Positions 58,365 through 64,000 of a stretch of 64,000 nt of DNA are shown piece by piece; positions within the stretch are counted from its first letter, which is position 1; every line of letters begins with the position of its first letter. Location: NCBI GenBank assembly GCA_003523255.1, contig DPGH01000012.1, forward strand, positions 118,759 through 182,758, read 5' to 3'. The translations under genes were made by a program, and so were the position numbers. The notes under the pieces are model-generated. The model made no database searches and was not told where the DNA came from. It was given only the letters and a program-made list of their open reading frames with translations. This DNA is from Clostridiales bacterium. GTDB lineage: Bacteria; Bacillota; Clostridia; Christensenellales; Borkfalkiaceae.

Positions 58365-59243
58365 ATGAAAGTAAAAAAAGCGGTTATACCGGCGGCAGGA
58401 CTCGGCACGAGATTTTTACCCATTACCAAAGCGGTGCCGAAACCTATGCTTCCCGTTCTCGACAAGCCGACGATTCAGTACATATGCGAAGAACTGACGC
58501 GTGCCGGGATAGACGATATTACGATAGTCGTTTCTCCTGACAGCGACGTTATAAAACGTCATTTCGGCGCGGCTCCCGCCCTTGAAAAGGCTCTTATCGA
58601 AGACGGAAAAACCAAACTTTACGAAGTAGAGCAAAAAACACGGAGTTTTAACGTTCGTTTCGTCGAGCAAAAAGTGCCTAACGGTCTTGCCGGCGCGATT
58701 TTATGCGCCGAAGAGTTTATTAAAGGCGAACCTTTTGCTCTTCTTCTCGGCGACGAACTTTTATATGCAGGAGAAAACGAAAAATCGTGTATGGAAAAAC
58801 TTGTTGACGCTTACGAAAAAACGGGTAAAACCGTGCTTTGCGCGATGGAGTTTTTCGGCGACGATTTATCTAAATACGGCAATATAGGCGTTTCCGGCGA
58901 GGACGGAGATATAATAAACGTATCCGCAATGATTGAAAAACCCTCCGTAAACGAGGCGTTAAGCAATTATGCCATAATAGGCAGATACGTTATCGCGCCG
59001 GGGGTTTTAGACGTATTAAAAACGCTTAAACCGCACGGCAGAGAAATATGCCCGACAGACGCCTATGACGAACTTGCAAAAGCGGGCAAAGTGGTTGCAG
59101 TGCGTTACGACGGAAAGCGTTACGACGTCGGCGATAAGTTCGGTTATTTAAAAGCAAACGCGGAGTTTTCGCTGATGAGTAAAGAGATAGGCGAGAGTGC
59201 CAAAGAATATTTTATCTCTCTTGCGGAAAAGTTAAAAAATTAA
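58365..59243 (+). CDS. galU: UTP--glucose-1-phosphate uridylyltransferase
   Basis: KAVIPAAGLGTRFLPITKAVPKPMLPV signature. Confidence 0.9.
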   Translation: MKVKKAVIPAAGLGTRFLPITKAVPKPMLPVLDKPTIQYICEELTRAGIDDITIVVSPDSDVIKRHFGAAPALEKALIEDGKTKLYEVEQKTRSFNVRFVEQKVPNGLAGAILCAEEFIKGEPFALLLGDELLYAGENEKSCMEKLVDAYEKTGKTVLCAMEFFGDDLSKYGNIGVSGEDGDIINVSAMIEKPSVNEALSNYAIIGRYVIAPGVLDVLKTLKPHGREICPTDAYDELAKAGKVVAVRYDGKRYDVGDKFGYLKANAEFSLMSKEIGESAKEYFISLAEKLKN

Positions 59244-59254
59244 CGGGATAGGCT

Positions 59255-59572
59255 ATGAACGAAAAAACTTGTTCTTTTTGCGGCACGACGCTTGCCGTGT
59301 TCAAAAAAACGGGTATGCTCGGTTGCGCGCAGTGCTACGAAACGTTTTCTAAAGAAGTGGCGGAATGGGTAAAAACCGTTCAGGAGGGCGACGAACACGT
59401 CGGCAAAACGCCGACTATGCTCCCCGAAAGAGAATACGTTAAAAGATACAACGAACTTAAACGCCTTAAAGAAAACGCAATCATAAACGGAGATTTTTCT
59501 TCCGCAAACGAAATCGCGGGCGAAATGACGGATATTATGTTTGCACTCGAAGATTCGGGGGAGTATTTATGA
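59255..59572 (+). CDS. mcsA: McsA-like protein (CxxC zinc-finger pair + UVR domain), short form
   Basis: CSFCGT...CAQC zinc ribbon and a UVR-like helix (YVKRYNELKRLKENAIINGDF). Immediately upstream of mcsB-clpC. Only 105 aa. Confidence 0.55.
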   Translation: MNEKTCSFCGTTLAVFKKTGMLGCAQCYETFSKEVAEWVKTVQEGDEHVGKTPTMLPEREYVKRYNELKRLKENAIINGDFSSANEIAGEMTDIMFALEDSGEYL

Positions 59573-60579
59573 CCGTAATCAATCCCGAAATTTACATGGG
59601 CAACGTCGTAAAAACGCGCGTAAGGCTTGCAAGAAATCTCGTAGGTTATCCTTTTCGTTTATCCGACGAAATCGTTTCGCGCGAGATAGTGAAAAAACTT
59701 AAACGCGCGTTGCAAAAAACGGGCGATTTTGCGGCGTTTATGACGGGCGACCTTTCTCCCATGACGCTCGAAGCGATGAAAGAAAAGCACCTTATAAGCT
59801 GTAATTTAATCGAAAACAGGGGCGTTTCCGCCGCGCTCGTATCGGACGACGAGAGCGTTTCGATTATGGTCGGAGAAGAGGACGTTTTGAGAGAGCAGTG
59901 TTTTATGAAAGGGCTGCGACTTAAAGAAGCGTACGAACGCATAGACGAGATAGACGATTGCGTGTCGACGGAGTTCGATTTTTCTTTCGACGACAAACTC
60001 GGCTATTTAACGGCGTGCCCGACTAATCTCGGTACGGGATTAAGGGCTTCGGTTATGACTTTTTTGCCTGCGCTTACCGAAAGCGGAAAAATAAAGCGAA
60101 CGGTTGATAACCTTAAAGAAAGAGGTCTTACCGTAAGGGGGCTTTACGGTGAAGGCAGTGCGGCTGAAGGTTTTTTGTATCAGATCAGCAATGAGGTAAC
60201 TCTCGGCGTTACCGAGTTTGAAATCATCAGGCGTGTAGAAAACGCGGTTTTAAGCATTTGCGAAGCGGAACGAAGAGAGGCGGAAAGACTGTATACAAGA
60301 AACGAACTTTTTACCATGGATAAAGCCAAAAAGTCTTTCGGCGTGCTGACTAACGCCGTACTTTTAAATTATAACGAGTTTTTGGAACATATGGCGAGAG
60401 TTAAAATCGCCGCAATGCTCGGTATGATAGACGTAACGGATTTCGGCGTGATTGACGACCTGACGGAAGCGGTGAGGCCCGCGAGTCTGTGCGTCAGATG
60501 CGGCAAAAAACTTTCCGAAACGGACGAAGATTTAAGCCGTGCCGAAACCGTAAGAAAAGAACTTTTGAAAATCATTTAA
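59569..60579 (+). CDS. mcsB: Protein-arginine kinase (ATP:guanido phosphotransferase)
   Basis: Phosphagen-kinase active-site motif CPTNLGTGLRASV. Position between mcsA and clpC. Confidence 0.88.
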   Translation: MTVINPEIYMGNVVKTRVRLARNLVGYPFRLSDEIVSREIVKKLKRALQKTGDFAAFMTGDLSPMTLEAMKEKHLISCNLIENRGVSAALVSDDESVSIMVGEEDVLREQCFMKGLRLKEAYERIDEIDDCVSTEFDFSFDDKLGYLTACPTNLGTGLRASVMTFLPALTESGKIKRTVDNLKERGLTVRGLYGEGSAAEGFLYQISNEVTLGVTEFEIIRRVENAVLSICEAERREAERLYTRNELFTMDKAKKSFGVLTNAVLLNYNEFLEHMARVKIAAMLGMIDVTDFGVIDDLTEAVRPASLCVRCGKKLSETDEDLSRAETVRKELLKII

Positions 60580-60591
60580 AAGGAGCGAAAT

Positions 60592-63087
60592 TTGATGTAT
60601 TACGACGCATTTTCGCGCAGCGTGAACGAAGTTATAGAACTTTCCACTACGCTTGCGAAGCGTTTCGGTTGCAGATATATCGGCAGCGAGCATATTTTGT
60701 TTGGACTGTTAAACGTTTCCGACGGGCGTGCGGCGGCGATTCTGCGTGAAGCGGAAGTCGATAACGACAGATATCTTTATTATTTTCAGAGAACGGTTGA
60801 AAAAGACCTTGTTATTCCCGGCAATATGTTTACGCCGAGGACGAAAAGACTTTTCGAAACGGCTATAGATATTTCGCTTAAAGCACACGCGGGTTTCGTC
60901 GGCACGGAGCATCTTTTGCTTGCGGTGCTTACCGATACCGGCAGCGTGGCGGTCGCAATACTTAAAGCAATGCGCGTACCCGTTGACGAAATAATAGAAG
61001 AACTTTCTTCCACTCTTTTCGGTGCGGACGATTTCGGCGACGAGGCGGACGAATACGAGGACGTTAAGTCTCCTTCCGTTTTATATGCCGGCGCTCAAAA
61101 AACCGCAGGGCAACCCCATACTACGGGCGAGCAGACCGACCTCGGCGAACTCGCTAAATTCGGCGTAAATCTTTGTAAACTCGCGTCCGACGGAAAACTC
61201 GACCCCGTTATCGGCAGGAAAAAGGAGATAGACCGAGTAATTCAGATTCTGTCCCGCAGAACGAAAAACAACCCCGTTCTTATCGGCGAACCGGGCGTAG
61301 GTAAAAGCGCGGTGGTAGAAGGACTTGCGGAGGCTATCGTAGAGGGCAGAGTTCCGGAAATTTTGGCGGATAAAACGGTATTTTCGCTTGACATTGCAAG
61401 TATGCTTGCAGGTGCGAGATACCGCGGAGATTTTGAGGAAAGACTGAAAAAAGCCATAGACGTAGTAAAAGACAACGGCAACATTATTTTATTTATCGAC
61501 GAAATTCACAACATCGTCGGCGCTGGCAGCACCGGCGAAGGCAATATGGACGCGGCTAATATTTTAAAACCCATGCTTTCACGCGGGGAATTGCAAACCA
61601 TAGGCGCGACTACTATAGACGAATATCGAAAGTATATCGAAAAAGACGCCGCGTTAGAACGCCGTTTTCAACCCGTTATAGTCGACGCGCCCTCGGTAGA
61701 CGAAACGGTGGAAATTTTAAAAGGGCTCCGCGACAAATACGAATCTCACCACGGCGTATCTATTCCGGACGACGCCATTACCGCCGCGGTTACGTTATCG
61801 GACAGATATATTACGGACAGATTTTTACCCGATAAAGCGATAGACCTTATCGACGAAGCGGCGTCCCGCGTGCGACTCGACAGTTATAATTCGCCGGTAG
61901 AAGCCCGTCAGAAAGAAAACGAACTCAATCTTTTAATCGCGCAAAAAAACGACGCCAAAAGAAGAGACGATTTTGAAAGGGCTATAAAACTGAACAAGGA
62001 CATTGACAGGGTTTCGGCGGAACTCGACGAAATCAAAGCGCGTGCCCAAAAGTCCTCCGGTTCGAGGGATAAACTCAGACTCACGCCGGACGACGTGGCT
62101 AAAGTCGTAAGCAATTGGACGGGCGTACCCGTAGTTAAACTTACCGAAACCGAGGCGCAAAAACTTTTAGACCTCGAGGATACTCTTCATAAACGCGTTA
62201 TCGGTCAAAGCGAAGCGGTAAAAGCGGTTGCGTACGCGATAAGGCGGGCAAGGGCAGGGTTAAAAGACCCCAACAGACCCGTCGGTTCGTTTATATTCGT
62301 AGGTCCTACGGGCGTAGGTAAAACCGAACTCGCAAAAGCGCTTGCCGAGACCGTTTTCGGCAACGAAAACAATCTTATCAGAGTAGATATGAGCGAGTTT
62401 ATGGAAAAGCATTCCGTCAGCAAACTCGTCGGCGCGCCGCCGGGATACGTCGGGTTCGACGAGGCGGGGCAACTTACCGAAAAGGTAAGGAGAAAACCGT
62501 ATTCCGTTATACTTTTCGACGAGATAGAAAAAGCCCATCCGGACGTTTTCAATCTGATGTTGCAAATTTTAGACGACGGCAGACTTACCGACAGCAAGGG
62601 TAGAGTCGTAAGTTTTAAAAATACCATCATAATAATGACGAGCAACGTCGGCGCGACGGAAATACAAAAAACCGCTTCTCTCGGATTTAAGGCGGGCAAA
62701 GCCGCGGAATACGACGATATGTGCGACAGATATAACGAAGCGCTTAAAGAAAAATTCCGCCCCGAATTTTTGAACAGGATAGACGAGATAATAGTATTCG
62801 AAAAACTGAAGAAAAGCGAAACGGCGCAAATAGCGGAACTTATGTTGTCGTCGCTGAAAAAACGCCTTGCCGCATTCGACGTAAAACTCGAAATAACCCC
62901 TTCAGCGATGGATCTGATAACCGAAAAGGGTTACGACGAAAATTACGGCGCGCGCCCGCTTAAAAGGGTGTTACAGCGGTATATAGAGGATAAACTGAGC
63001 GAAGAGATTCTGCTCGGCAATCTAAAAGAAAAATCGGTTATAGAAATAGACGCCGCGGGAGACGAATTTATTTTTATAAAAAAATAA
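60592..63087 (+). CDS. clpC: ATP-dependent Clp protease ATP-binding subunit ClpC
   Basis: Double Clp_N repeat, two AAA+ modules ([10 protein letters not shown] and [15 protein letters not shown]), UVR/linker segment, 831 aa. Confidence 0.92.
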   Translation: MMYYDAFSRSVNEVIELSTTLAKRFGCRYIGSEHILFGLLNVSDGRAAAILREAEVDNDRYLYYFQRTVEKDLVIPGNMFTPRTKRLFETAIDISLKAHAGFVGTEHLLLAVLTDTGSVAVAILKAMRVPVDEIIEELSSTLFGADDFGDEADEYEDVKSPSVLYAGAQKTAGQPHTTGEQTDLGELAKFGVNLCKLASDGKLDPVIGRKKEIDRVIQILSRRTKNNPVLIGEPGVGKSAVVEGLAEAIVEGRVPEILADKTVFSLDIASMLAGARYRGDFEERLKKAIDVVKDNGNIILFIDEIHNIVGAGSTGEGNMDAANILKPMLSRGELQTIGATTIDEYRKYIEKDAALERRFQPVIVDAPSVDETVEILKGLRDKYESHHGVSIPDDAITAAVTLSDRYITDRFLPDKAIDLIDEAASRVRLDSYNSPVEARQKENELNLLIAQKNDAKRRDDFERAIKLNKDIDRVSAELDEIKARAQKSSGSRDKLRLTPDDVAKVVSNWTGVPVVKLTETEAQKLLDLEDTLHKRVIGQSEAVKAVAYAIRRARAGLKDPNRPVGSFIFVGPTGVGKTELAKALAETVFGNENNLIRVDMSEFMEKHSVSKLVGAPPGYVGFDEAGQLTEKVRRKPYSVILFDEIEKAHPDVFNLMLQILDDGRLTDSKGRVVSFKNTIIIMTSNVGATEIQKTASLGFKAGKAAEYDDMCDRYNEALKEKFRPEFLNRIDEIIVFEKLKKSETAQIAELMLSSLKKRLAAFDVKLEITPSAMDLITEKGYDENYGARPLKRVLQRYIEDKLSEEILLGNLKEKSVIEIDAAGDEFIFIKK

Positions 63088-63161
63088 TTTACCGATAAAA
63101 ACGACTAAAATAAAAAGGGTTTTAAGCCGCCTGCGGCGTAATAATATATAGGAGGCATCTT

Positions 63162-63698
63162 ATGAAACTTGAAATTTTGGCAAGAAACTGTGAAGTAAGC
63201 GACAAACTCAAACGCATCACCGAAAACAAACTCGAAAAACTCGATAAATATTTCGGCGAAGACGAGCCTTCCGCAAAGGTTGTGTTCAAAAAAGAAGGTC
63301 AACTTTTAACGACCGAAGTAATGCTTTCTTATGCAGGCAAATTCGTTCGCGCGGCGGCTTCGGGAGATAATTTTTACGACGACCTCGACGTGGTATTACC
63401 TAAACTCGAGGGGCAGATAAGAAAATACCGCACCCGCTTCGACAAGCATAATAAAAACAACGCTTATAAAACTCAGGCGGAATTCTCCGGCGAAAAAACT
63501 TACGAAGAAAAGAAAACTCGCCTGGTAAAAGAGAAGAAATTCGCGCTTTCTCCCATGACTGTGGATGAGGCGATAGAAGAAATGGAACTTTTGGGACACT
63601 CTTTCTACGTATTCAGAGAGGCGAAAAGCAACACGGTGCAAGTTCTGTACGCCCGTAACGACGGCGACCTTGCGCTTATAGAAACCGACGGCGAATAA
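63162..63698 (+). CDS. hpf: Ribosome hibernation-promoting factor, long form
   Basis: N-terminal sigma54-modulation/RaiA fold (MKLEILARNCEVSDKLK...) plus a C-terminal dimerisation domain. TAGGAGG RBS. Confidence 0.9.
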   Translation: MKLEILARNCEVSDKLKRITENKLEKLDKYFGEDEPSAKVVFKKEGQLLTTEVMLSYAGKFVRAAASGDNFYDDLDVVLPKLEGQIRKYRTRFDKHNKNNAYKTQAEFSGEKTYEEKKTRLVKEKKFALSPMTVDEAIEEMELLGHSFYVFREAKSNTVQVLYARNDGDLALIETDGE

Positions 63699-63727
63699 AC
63701 GCTTCGGATTACGGGGTAATCGTTCAA

Positions 63728-64000
63728 ATGAAAATCGGCGTTTCAACCGCGTCGTTGTTCGGCAGATATTTTACTGAGGACGCTTTAAAGTTTTTAAGCG
63801 ACGGCGGCGTCGAAACGGCGGAAGTTTTTCTCGAAACCTACCGTGAATATACGGCGGAATTCGGCGAAATACTTAAAAAAAACAAAGGTAAAACCGAAGT
63901 CCATTCGGTTCATACTTTGACGACGCAATTCGAGCCGCAATTGTACAGCCTTAACGTTCGTGCGAAAGAAGATTCTTTCGGTTTGCTCGAGGGAACCATG
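63728..64000 (+). CDS. Sugar-phosphate isomerase/epimerase (xylose-isomerase-like TIM barrel), N-terminal fragment; 3' end outside window
   Basis: MKIGVSTASLFGRY...ETAEVFLETYREY pattern typical of AP-endonuclease-2/TIM-barrel sugar isomerases. Truncated by the window edge. Confidence 0.45.
   Translation, partial: MKIGVSTASLFGRYFTEDALKFLSDGGVETAEVFLETYREYTAEFGEILKKNKGKTEVHSVHTLTTQFEPQLYSLNVRAKEDSFGLLEGTM

Noticed and set aside
1-64000. Mobile elements, integrase/transposase genes, CRISPR arrays, rRNA
   Set aside because: No transposase or integrase-like ORFs, no spaced direct-repeat arrays and no rRNA-like conserved stretches were seen. The only long repeat is the paralogous gene-internal duplication reported above.

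Overview
This window looks like a low-GC Gram-positive (Firmicutes/Clostridia-type) chromosome segment. I infer that from gene content and synteny: ywlC(tsaC)-ywlE-rpiB, mcsA-mcsB-clpC, a DnaD-domain protein, lipobox lipoproteins, an LplABC-type sugar transporter and a YjcZ-like cysteine-rich small protein. Three parts are visible.

(1) Positions 1-13.4 kb hold the 3' part of a Wzx/Wzy-type surface polysaccharide locus. It encodes a GT1 fragment, ugd, a wzy-like polymerase, GT1, GT2, a wzx flippase, a glf-like flavoenzyme, wecB, the complete fnlABC/capEFG UDP-L-FucNAc pathway, and a cytoplasmic SGNH hydrolase. The locus is a compositional mosaic: the first ~8.8 kb is markedly AT-rich, and the composition switches to the genome-typical ~50% GC exactly at the wecB|fnlA junction.

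(2) Positions 13.4-29.5 kb are a ~15.5 kb single-strand accessory operon bounded by a 720-nt AT-rich regulatory region and tRNA-Ala(GGC). It begins with an unannotated 40-codon ORF with a Shine-Dalgarno site. It then encodes two paralogous ~1000-1100 aa secreted proteins built from an internally duplicated GLUG-like (GGLxGY) module plus Ig-like domains; their C-terminal ~0.9-1.1 kb are ~85-90% identical at the DNA level. Also present are an ATPase-less LplABC-like ABC importer, a 1008-aa multi-Ig/ConA-like surface protein and a DUF4838/GH20b-like lipoprotein. I cannot assign this gene combination to a described system; it is the best candidate for a novel extracellular glycan-processing or surface system, possibly on a tRNA-linked island.

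(3) Positions 29.7-64 kb are housekeeping genes: ychF, argS, HAD hydrolase, rho, dtd, nudix, typA, coaX, hom, lepB, pepF, dnaB, tsaC, ywlE, rpiB, galU, mcsA-like/mcsB/clpC, hpf. Scattered among them are items worth a look: an orphan beta-class DPPY DNA methyltransferase translationally coupled to rho; an orphan NrdG-like radical-SAM activase; a TSCPD/DUF4364/K-rich trio; a 68-aa 13-Cys hydrophobic peptide gene with a perfect SD; and a DnaD-like protein with a C-terminal Cys cluster.

No transposase, integrase, CRISPR array or rRNA was seen. Many antisense ORFs in the six-frame track are spurious.
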